DNA from: Pachysolen tannophilus NRRL Y-2460
Lineage: Eukaryota
DNA: 64,000 nucleotides
Direction: 5' to 3'
Assembly (NCBI GenBank): GCA_001661245.1
Contig: KV454016.1
Location: 1,052,268 to 1,116,267 of the forward strand
Below are positions 1-9,900 of the stretch, in pieces. Position 1 is the stretch's first letter, and each line of letters starts with the position of its first letter. The position numbers and the translations under genes were made by a program. The notes under the pieces are model-generated. The model saw only the letters and a program-made list of their open reading frames with translations. It searched no databases and had not been told where the DNA came from.

Positions 1-1
1 A

Positions 2-484
2 GATTTAACTTTATTATTACAACAAGAGTATGGGGATTTAGTCAACGATTACAATCCGAATAATTTTTTTTTCAATAATGCTGGTAATGCAATGGGTACG
101 ATGCATATTCTTCATGCTTCAATATCGGAATATGTAATTTTTTTCGGTACTGCTATTGGTACTGAAGGTCATAGTGGTCTTCACTTTGCTGATGATTACT
201 TCACCATCTTGAAAGGAGAACAAAGAGCTGCTCGTGCCGATTCGTTGGTTCCTGAAGTATATAAACCAGGTGATCAACACCATTTAGTCAAGGGTAACTC
301 GAAACAATATGCAATGCCTGGAGAATCTTTTGCCTTGGAATTAGCACAAGGATGGGTTCCTTCAATGTTACCCTTTGGATTCTTGGACTGTATCGCATCA
401 ACACTAGATTTCCCAACTTTTATCAAAACCGCTCGTTTGACAGGTTACGATATGATTAGAAACTTATTACGCGGTAAGTTTTAA
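2..484 (+). CDS. ERG2: C-8 sterol isomerase (ERG2/sigma1 family), 5'-partial; begins upstream of the window
   Basis: Frame open from position 2 (...[38 protein letters not shown]...); motifs typical of Erg2; stop TAA at 482-484. Confidence 0.93.
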   Translation, partial: DLTLLLQQEYGDLVNDYNPNNFFFNNAGNAMGTMHILHASISEYVIFFGTAIGTEGHSGLHFADDYFTILKGEQRAARADSLVPEVYKPGDQHHLVKGNSKQYAMPGESFALELAQGWVPSMLPFGFLDCIASTLDFPTFIKTARLTGYDMIRNLLRGKF

Positions 485-1013
485 TACAAACAAAAACAAA
501 AACTTGAAAAATTTTTCAAGTTTTTATTCTCTTTGTAAAATTAAACTTCTTAGAAACATTGTAGTATATAGCAAACTCCATAGATTTTTAATAATATTAT
601 TATAGATATATGTATGGGTCTTACCGGTTATTTTACATCCTAAAACGGTTTCCAATATACAAACCATACAACATGCCATGTCATGTCATCTCATTGATTT
701 TTTACCTTTAAATTTTTATAACTAGTTTCCGGCCCGGGATTTTCGTGGTGTGTTGAAGTAGATTTTTTTTATGTCTTCTTCTTAACAGAACATCATCTGA
801 TATCTTTTCTCCCCAAAATTTAAAAAGAAAATAGATGTAAGCCCATAATTTCTAATTGATCAGTGTCATCTTCATAGTGATCAATTGGTCCATCTGTTGA
901 AATTTATTTTGAATCTATATATAACGGTGGATTTGGATAAATTATTAATTGTTAGTTGTTGTTGTGGTTTCAAATTAATTTAATTTTTTTCTTTTTTTAC
1001 AATTTGGCTCATC

Positions 1014-1016
<3 letters not shown>

Positions 1017-1052
<36 letters not shown>
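1017..1052. repeat. (AAT)12 microsatellite about 25 bp upstream of the PFK2 start codon
   Basis: Direct reading of the sequence. Confidence 0.9.
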
Positions 1053-1053
<1 letters not shown>

Positions 1054-1077
1054 TTTTAAATTTTTTTAGAAGAAGCT

Positions 1078-3894
1078 ATGCTGCTCGACACTGTTCCGTT
1101 AGTGAATGGTACTTCATACTTGACTTTATATGCAAAGGATAGAAGTTCTTTTGATAAGGCTGTTGGTTTCTATACACATTTGATTGGATTAAAGGTTAAA
1201 GAAAAACATGACTCTAGTGTTTTATTATATGAAGATGTATCAAGGTTAACTACTTCATTAAAGATAAGTATAGATGAGAATTTATCAATTTCGGAAGAAG
1301 TTATACTTAAGAATATTGAACATTTAAAGCAAGTTGGTGAATCTCAAGATTGGAGATCAATTCAATCAACAATAGCTTTTGAAACTTCTGATATTGCTCG
1401 GATCATTTCAGATTTTAAATCAAAGGAAATTCTTTATCGTGTAATTCCAAATGAATTAGCACCTTTAGAAGTTTATGCACTGGATCCATTAGGTTCATTA
1501 GTTGTATTTACAACTTTGAAAAATGCATTTGGAGTTAATCTGGCAAATTATTCAACAATTTTAACTCAAGTTTCTAAACCAAAAATTTTAAATGATTCTT
1601 CAGTTTTAAAACTTGATATTATTTCAAAATCTCAAAAGAGAAATATTGCAGTTATGACTTCTGGTGGTGATGCCCCAGGTATGAATGCAAATGTTAGAGC
1701 AATTGTAAGATCTGCCATTTTTAGAGGTTGTAAACCTTTTGCAGTTTATGAAGGTTATTCTGGATTAGTTAAAGGTGGGGATTATATAAAAGAAATGCAT
1801 TGGGAAGATGTTAGAGGTTGGTTGGTTGAAGGTGGTACTTTAATTGGTACTGCTAGATGTAAAGAATTCACACAAAGACCTGGAAGGTTATCTGCATGTA
1901 AAAATTTAATTGATGCAGGTATTGATGCATTGATAGTTTGTGGTGGTGATGGTTCATTAACAGGTGCAGATGTCTTTAGATCAGAATGGCCAAGTTTAAT
2001 TAAAGAATTGTTAGATAATGGACAAATTACAAGAGAAAAATATGAAAAACATCAACACTTGAACATTTGTGGAACTGTTGGTTCAATTGATAATGATATG
2101 TGTTCAACAAATGCTACAATTGGTGCTTATTCTTCTCTTGATAGAATCTGTAGAGCTATTGATTATATTGATGCTACAGCAAATTCACATTCAAGAGCTT
2201 TTGTTGTAGAAGTAATGGGTAGACATTGTGGTTGGTTAGCTTTAATGTCAGGTTTGGCAACAAGTGCAGATTATATTTTAATTCCAGAAAAACCTTCATC
2301 ATCAAAGGAATGGCAAGATCAAATGTGTGAAATTGTTTCTAAACATAGATCTAGAGGTAGAAGAAAGACTATTGTTGTTGTTGCTGAAGGTGCTATTGCC
2401 AATGATTTGACTCCAATCACTTCAAAAGATGTTAAAGATGTCTTGGTAAATAGATTAGGTTTGGATACCAGAATTACAACTTTGGGACATGTTCAAAGAG
2501 GTGGTACTGCAGTAGCTTATGATCGTATGTTGGCTACATTACAAGGTGTAGAGGCAGTACAAGCTGTATTAGAATGTACTCCTGATACACCATCACCTAT
2601 GATTGGTATTAAGGAAAATAAGATTGTAAGAAGACCATTGGCAGAAGCTGTTAAGTTAACAAAATCTGTTGCTGCAGCTATAGATTCAAGAAATTTCAAA
2701 AAACTGATGGAATTAAGAGACAGTGCATTTAGTGAACATTTAAAAAATTTCATGGCAATGAATTCTGCAGATCACAATAAACCAAATTTACCATTGGAAA
2801 AAAGGAAAAAAATTGCAATCATCAATGTTGGAGCTCCAGCTGGTGGTATGAATAGTGCTGTTTATGCAATGGCAACATACTGCATGTCAAGAGGTCACAT
2901 TCCATATACCATTCACAATGGTTTCAGCGGCTTGGCAAGACATGAATCTGTGAGATCAGTTGATTGGATATCAATTGAAAATTGGAACTCTTTAGGTGGT
3001 TCAGAAATAGGTACTAATAGAACGTTACCATCAGAAGTAGATATTGGATTAATAGCGTATTATTTCCAAAAATACCAATTTGAAGGTTTAATTTTAGTTG
3101 GTGGATTTGAAGCATTTTTATCTTTGGAACAATTGCAAAATGCTAGAGTAAGTTTCCCTGCTTTCAGAATTCCAATGGTTTTAATTCCAGCTACTATATC
3201 AAACAATGTTCCAGGAACCGAGTACTCATTAGGTTGTGATACATGTCTCAATTCTTTAATGGATTATTGTGATATTGTCAAACAATCTGCTGCTGCAACA
3301 AGAGACAGGGTTTTTGTTGTAGAGGTTCAAGGTGGTAATTCAGGATACATTGCAACTTTTGCTCAATTAATATCGGGAGGTCAAGCTTCATATGTTCCAG
3401 AAGAAGGTATATCTTTAAAACAATTGGAAATGGATATAAATTCACTAAGAGGATCATTTGCAAGTGGTGAAGGAACGTCTAAATCTGGAAAATTATTAAT
3501 CAAATCATCGAATGCCTCAGAGGTATTGACAACTGAAGTAATAGCTGATATAATATTGGAGGAGGCTGATGGTAGATTTGATGCCAGAACAGCAATTCCA
3601 GGACATGTCCAACAGGGTGGTATACCTTCTGCAATTGATAGAACTAGAGGTGCAAGATTTGCTATCAAAGCAGTTGAGTTTATTGAAAATGCTAATTATG
3701 ATGTTGAACATACTGCTGTTGTGCTTGGGATCGAAAGATCGCACTTGAAATTTACACCAATTAGGAAACTATATGATTACGAAACACGTTTGAAAAAGAG
3801 AATGAGAAAAGACGTTTTTTGGAATGATATTAGAGAGATTGCTGATATTCTCGTTGGTAGAACCAAACTCAAGGATCAGAGTCTGCTGATGTAA
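1078..3894 (+). CDS. PFK2: 6-phosphofructokinase beta subunit
   Basis: MTSGGDAPGMN, GGDGSLTGA, GSIDND, EVMGRHCGWLAL and GHVQRGG motifs, duplicated regulatory half and yeast N-terminal extension; close to ERG2 as in S. cerevisiae chr XIII. Confidence 0.93.
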   Translation: MLLDTVPLVNGTSYLTLYAKDRSSFDKAVGFYTHLIGLKVKEKHDSSVLLYEDVSRLTTSLKISIDENLSISEEVILKNIEHLKQVGESQDWRSIQSTIAFETSDIARIISDFKSKEILYRVIPNELAPLEVYALDPLGSLVVFTTLKNAFGVNLANYSTILTQVSKPKILNDSSVLKLDIISKSQKRNIAVMTSGGDAPGMNANVRAIVRSAIFRGCKPFAVYEGYSGLVKGGDYIKEMHWEDVRGWLVEGGTLIGTARCKEFTQRPGRLSACKNLIDAGIDALIVCGGDGSLTGADVFRSEWPSLIKELLDNGQITREKYEKHQHLNICGTVGSIDNDMCSTNATIGAYSSLDRICRAIDYIDATANSHSRAFVVEVMGRHCGWLALMSGLATSADYILIPEKPSSSKEWQDQMCEIVSKHRSRGRRKTIVVVAEGAIANDLTPITSKDVKDVLVNRLGLDTRITTLGHVQRGGTAVAYDRMLATLQGVEAVQAVLECTPDTPSPMIGIKENKIVRRPLAEAVKLTKSVAAAIDSRNFKKLMELRDSAFSEHLKNFMAMNSADHNKPNLPLEKRKKIAIINVGAPAGGMNSAVYAMATYCMSRGHIPYTIHNGFSGLARHESVRSVDWISIENWNSLGGSEIGTNRTLPSEVDIGLIAYYFQKYQFEGLILVGGFEAFLSLEQLQNARVSFPAFRIPMVLIPATISNNVPGTEYSLGCDTCLNSLMDYCDIVKQSAAATRDRVFVVEVQGGNSGYIATFAQLISGGQASYVPEEGISLKQLEMDINSLRGSFASGEGTSKSGKLLIKSSNASEVLTTEVIADIILEEADGRFDARTAIPGHVQQGGIPSAIDRTRGARFAIKAVEFIENANYDVEHTAVVLGIERSHLKFTPIRKLYDYETRLKKRMRKDVFWNDIREIADILVGRTKLKDQSLLM

Positions 3895-4569
3895 GATAAC
3901 GTATTTTCTATTTTTGTGTTGTTGTTTTTCTTTTTTTCCTTCTTTTATTTTTTTTTTTTTTTTTTTTTTCCTTCATCTCTCAGTCATTTTAGTTTTTTTG
4001 TCGACTATTGATTTATGAACCTAATTGAAATCGCAAATATATATATATATACACATTCGTATTCATTCTATATTAACCGTGAGTTTGTAAACTCTTCCTC
4101 GTTATCTTATACTAGAATTCATAGTTTTGAGCCGCATCTGAAAAAGGAAAAAACAACAATAAAAAAAGAACTCAGGTACTAGTGATACGAAGTTCATTTA
4201 TTAAAACGATAATGCAGTTCCACTAATAAAGAGAAGATAACTATAGATCTAGATAAGCTATGTCAGTATGTACAAAATAAAAAAAGGTAGAACTGTATTT
4301 TCCTTCTAAGATTTGCATTTCGACTTCTAGTTTCCTAGTCTTGAAAACCTGACTAAAAATATGCAAAATCATGCAACTCGGTTCGTAATAAATCTTTTAC
4401 TCTGTTAGATTTTAAACATTAACAGATTGCCTTTGAGTATCTATGATATTGGCTTGATATCTATATAAAGAAGGTTAATTTCAATTAGAATTTTTTAATA
4501 AATCTTTCTTAATCCCAATCCTAGACCAGGGGAAAGAAAGAGTCTCGATTTTCTTACTTATTTGTTAAA

Positions 4570-6405
4570 ATGTTTATTTCCAACAATAATCTTCCTGACT
4601 TGGAATGTTCCGATTCAACGACAGCTACCAGTTTTAAGATTGATAAGGAACAGCTCTCCGGACTAACAGAATATTTGAAATCTTGCTGGAATAAATTAGA
4701 AAATTCTTCTGATAAGAGCCAAATACCAGAAAACTTGAAAGAAACTTTAAAAAAAAACATATCAGAAGAATTTTTAGGCACAGTCACAAGCAATGGACAA
4801 ACTAAAAGAAACTATTTTATAAACTGGATTGTTTCTGAAGTTTCAAATTTTTTTAAATCCGAATCAAATAAGTTAAATAACAAAAATTTTATAAAGGTGA
4901 ACAGACAAAGCCGTAAAGAAGCTTTCCGTAAAGACAATAATTCTAAACAAAATGATGATAAGAAAATCTTCGAATGCAAAGATAAACCAAAAGAGGCAGA
5001 AGTTGACACTTCAAATGGATATTTGGATCAATTAGTTGATGAATATTTGTCGAAAAATCCTGAAGCGGAAAACAAAAATTTGAATAATATCTTGGAAACC
5101 GATATTTTAAAAGTTGAAAATGAAAAAGATAAGCAAAGTCTTACCAATCACCATTTTAGAAATAATACAGGAAGTGTCGAGGATAAAAATAAAAGCTTCT
5201 TCAGCATTATATCTCAAAACCCAGAAGACAAGTATTTGTTTGATTTTGAAAGTACAGAAACATTAGCAAATGAATCATTTACTGAAATTGATTCACTTGG
5301 AGATTTAACTTTAGAGAACACATGGACAAAAAGTTCCAGCTCGCTGTTTCAAACTTTTAGTAACGGAGAAAGTAAAGATTCCTTAGGAGGTTACTTCAAT
5401 TTCAGCAATGGTCTGTCAACTAAAACCAATGAATTCAGAGATGGAAATATAATGAGCTATCCCAGAAGTCCAGAGAGTGATGAATTTGTTTTTGAAAATG
5501 AACTTGGTGATTCAATTGAAAATAATGAAATACAACTGCAAACAAATGATTTTATTAGTGTTTATCCAGAAAACGAATTCAATTCAGTTGTTAACAATTC
5601 ATTAACTAAAAAAAGAACTAAAAACAGTTCCGGCCGTAACGTCAGAACGCAGTCACCAGTGACAACACTTAAGGAACTAACTGAGTCAGAACATAACTAC
5701 AACGATATTCACCACACTAAAAATATAACTCCTGAAAGCAACGGAGAAATTTACAGTTTAGTCTCAGAAGAAATACCACCTCAAGATGATAGCTTACAAA
5801 TTAGTGGGAAATTTTTGGAATTTTGCACTGAAGAATTGAAAAAAGCTAATAAGAAAATAAACTTGGAAGATATTCCTATTGAAGAGAACAAAATCAAGTT
5901 TGTTTCTTTACCTAAAAACGGGTTGTCTTCTTTAAGAAAATTCAATAATTTTACCAAAAACAATTTTCCTGATTACGACAATAACTATAGATATTACTCT
6001 AATAATAAGAGAAACTGTTTAAGTGCTTACGACCCACTAGTAAGAAGAGAGTCTATAAAGGAAGAAATCAGAGGATCAGAAGGACTATGTCCATTCTGTA
6101 CGGAACCAACTTTTTTCAGATTAAATGATTCTCATTATTTGCATCACTTGGCCAAAATACACGGTGTTTGTTCAAATGGTGAATTTGTTCCTGACCCAAC
6201 CAATCATAGACAATACTTAAATTCAAGGCTCACTTTAAAAACCCCAAAGATTCATATTGTTGAAGGTGCTGTGTGCGGGCATCCAGCTTGTAATAAAATA
6301 ATAAAGATAAATGAATACAGCAAGAGTGAAAAAAGGTATTTACCGTATCTTCGTCACTTTAAAGAATGCCATCCATGCGGTAAAAAACTTAAGAATACAC
6401 TTTAA
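4570..6405 (+). CDS. Hypothetical protein with C-terminal Cys/His-rich Rua1-like (DUF4451) domain
   Basis: 611-aa ORF; C-terminal GLCPFC...YLHHL..HGV.S.G...CGHPAC...YLRHF.ECH pattern; N-terminus low-complexity. Confidence 0.6.
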   Translation: MFISNNNLPDLECSDSTTATSFKIDKEQLSGLTEYLKSCWNKLENSSDKSQIPENLKETLKKNISEEFLGTVTSNGQTKRNYFINWIVSEVSNFFKSESNKLNNKNFIKVNRQSRKEAFRKDNNSKQNDDKKIFECKDKPKEAEVDTSNGYLDQLVDEYLSKNPEAENKNLNNILETDILKVENEKDKQSLTNHHFRNNTGSVEDKNKSFFSIISQNPEDKYLFDFESTETLANESFTEIDSLGDLTLENTWTKSSSSLFQTFSNGESKDSLGGYFNFSNGLSTKTNEFRDGNIMSYPRSPESDEFVFENELGDSIENNEIQLQTNDFISVYPENEFNSVVNNSLTKKRTKNSSGRNVRTQSPVTTLKELTESEHNYNDIHHTKNITPESNGEIYSLVSEEIPPQDDSLQISGKFLEFCTEELKKANKKINLEDIPIEENKIKFVSLPKNGLSSLRKFNNFTKNNFPDYDNNYRYYSNNKRNCLSAYDPLVRRESIKEEIRGSEGLCPFCTEPTFFRLNDSHYLHHLAKIHGVCSNGEFVPDPTNHRQYLNSRLTLKTPKIHIVEGAVCGHPACNKIIKINEYSKSEKRYLPYLRHFKECHPCGKKLKNTL

Positions 6406-6917
6406 TTTTTTTTTTATTTTTTCCTTTATTTTTTTTTGTTTTACAAAAATTTCCTTTGAATACTTTCTTTATATTTCAAGTTTATAGCATCTTATAGAAA
6501 CCATATACGATCTCAGTTACCGTCTTTATTATAACAGATCTTCCTTGACTCGTAGTTAAATCCAATGCATATTGAATTGTGCATTCTGCAGGGAAACTTC
6601 CTTTTTAGGAAAAGTATCGAACGGTAAAACATTAATAATCTTGAAGCTGCTCATCCGGTCGATGAAAACTAATTAGGTGATTGATTTCCAACGTATGGAT
6701 TTCAAATTATTCAAATTCAACTATTGAGAAAAGTATACGGACTTGAGGAAAAATAGAAGAAAACAAATTGGGAAAGATCTTGAGAAATCATGAATGAGAT
6801 GTAAGATAGGGTTCTAACAATCAATATTAAATTACTACAATGATATCATATAAGTAATGAATTGTCTTAATGCTACATACATATATTTCACAAATATAGA
6901 AAAAATTAAGTTTTAAT

Positions 6918-9900
6918 TCAGTTATCTTCTTCAGAAGAATTATTTTGTCCTTTAGAGTCTTGTTTTGGTGTGACAAATACATCATTATCATTTTCATCAT
7001 CAGTACTAGTAATTGCAACAACTTTGTCCTCATGGTCAGATTCATTTTTTTGTCTTTTCAATGTCATATTGTTCGTGGGTGATGCTAATGACCTTTTTCT
7101 TGGCGTAGTGTTGATATCCATCAAAGCAGCCAGGTCAGTTTTTGTATTTTCACCGTGTTCATCTATATCCAGATTATTAGATTTAAAAACTTCATTATTC
7201 TGAACCTCAAATGACGGGGTTTTATCACTTGCTGGATTTAAATCATGAGTAGAGAAGGATTTTTCATCGACTTTTTTATCGAGTTTAACATGTGATTGAG
7301 CCTCTGCAGGAACAGTTGAAAAATCCGAATTTTCTTGCACAAGACCCTGAGAATCTGAAAAATTCAGCTGGTTACTGTCATTCTGAGGACTGATAAGTAA
7401 AGTTTTGGTTACATTTTCTGTCTCTTGAGATTCTGGAGCAAGACCGCTATTATTATTTACAGCGATTAATTCATCTCTATTATCGGTGTTGGGGCTTTGT
7501 GAAATAGGGTTAGAGTTTGTTGGTGATAGTTCTGCTACTGACTTAGGTTCGGGAACATTGTAAACTATTGGTATCTCTGACAATTTCGGAAGTTTCATAG
7601 ACTTAATAATTTCTGTAATGTCTTTCCTTGCAAGTTTTGATTTCACTGATTCCAGAACTTTAATCAGTTCTCCATTAGAACAAATTTCATTGGTGTAGAT
7701 AAAATACATTTTCAAGTAAATTGAATAGAAAGTATCGTCAATAAATGAAGTTTGCGAAAATCCGTTTGACATTCTTTTAATCTCATGGAAATCTGTAAAT
7801 AAATATAGCAATTCTTGTAACCTCTTATGCTGCAAATTAGTTTCATTCTCCGCTATTGATTTATTAATGAAATTATTAAATTCTTTTGCCCTAACAAGAA
7901 ACTCCCCATAAACTAAGAAGCCGATACACTTCTCGGTGAAATTCTCGTCAATATCAGCCACTTTTCTGCATAAATCACAGATTATCTTTGTTGTTGAATT
8001 CCAAGCTTTTATCAAATTTATCATGCTAGACCCTACACGGCGCAATTTCTTTGCAAACTGAAACAAAGAGGTTAGGTCCCTCTGTTTGGATAATATCTTG
8101 AGGAAGAAGGTAATGTATTGAAGATTATAGACAAAGTGCTTTCCTGGTCTTTCATTTTCCGGCTTCCAAATCGTTACTAAGTTCTTGACAGTGGGCTTAA
8201 GACTAACTAAATTGAGCATAGTTTCTTTTGCAGAATCCCAATCATCTAATATCTCCAGTTGAATTTCAGCAATCTTGTAATGAGGTTTATGATGCCAATT
8301 TTTTTTGTCATACGATATCACTTTTTTCAATGATTCAATAATGACAAATTTTGCAAACAACTTTAAATCATTTTGTTCGCTATTTGTTCTGTCGATATCC
8401 AGTGGATCCACCTTCAAAATTGGATTCTGGTTTAAATAATTGATTGCTTCTGTCACAGTTAATTTATCATTAGATACGTATTTCAATAACAAAGAGCATA
8501 ACCTATAATGTGGTTCAATAGTTGGATCAGCACTAGAATTTGAAGATCTAGCCAAATTACAAGATATAATCAAGTCTTGCAAAACCTGATGAGGCTCGAG
8601 ATTTAATTTGTACTCAATCTTAGAGATGTAGTAATAGTTTAGCCAGTCATCTTTAGACAATCTTGAAGCCATTAGAAATGATGATAGCAATATTTTCAAA
8701 ATCGTTTTATCCGTGATGGGATTCGTTGATAATTTTTCATAAATCTTCGTGTTATTTGCTAGTTTCAAAAATTTGGGAACTGAATTTACATTGAAAACCA
8801 ATTTTGACATCGGTTCCATTGCAGCATTGTACAACTCTTTACCAAAAGAGCTCCATAACACAGCACCAACTTGATCGGATAATTCCTTAGATTTATCTGT
8901 CTCGGCCTTCAAACTTATTGCCATAAGGTAACATAATAAAGATTTTTTCTGCAATAACGCTGTGCCCTGTTTTTTATCATTATTTGTCAATTTATCAGAA
9001 GTCCAGATTAAATCGTCTTCCACTAAAAGACTGTAGGTTTGTCCTAATAATAACCATGTTTCAAGTCTCTTTGAACCACAAATTATATCTTGCTTGAACA
9101 TCTGTAAGACAAAATCCAATTCAGAAATTCTACTTTGCATAGATCTCTTTCTAATCTTGAATAATCCCAAGGCCATAACACCCTGTAAGTAATACAACCC
9201 ATTCTCAGCAACTTCTTGTATATCTAATTTGGATTTACCGATATCAATTGTTAGCAAACCGTAGAAAGCGTCTCTCATAATCCTAACATTTAACTGAGTG
9301 TTATCAAGATAATCCTCTAATACAGCATTATACCTTGAGATAGATTCATCTTTTTCATTTGGATCGCCAATGACTTTATATATAGAATCTAATAAAGTTT
9401 TAATATCATTTTTAGGAATATTAAACATAGGATTTTTCTTCTTAAAACAATTAGGTAAGACAAATTTCGAAATTTCCATGGCATCAAATCTGCTAAAGGA
9501 TATTTCACTTGTTGAGTGATCGAACGGAGTAAAATTTTCAACACTAATGCTAATTTTATAACGACAGAAAATTACCTGCAATAAATCCATTTCAGACTCA
9601 GGCCAGCTAAGATCTATCAAGCAATCCTGAATTAATTTCAAAAATTTCCCATCGCTAGAATCACAATAGCTTCTAACACCTAGTTGTTCATGCAATAATG
9701 AGAGCAAATCATTTATATACTCCGGCTTTGCTTGTGGTAATAAAACAGAGTAATACAAGAAAACTAAGGAAAACGTGTTAGTTAATATATCCCTTACTTT
9801 TCTTGCAGCTTTAGTTGACTTCAGATCCAAAGATACCTTCAAAGACGACTTCTTTGCTACGTCTTCATGCAAACAATATATAAAGCCTATCCTCATGAAT

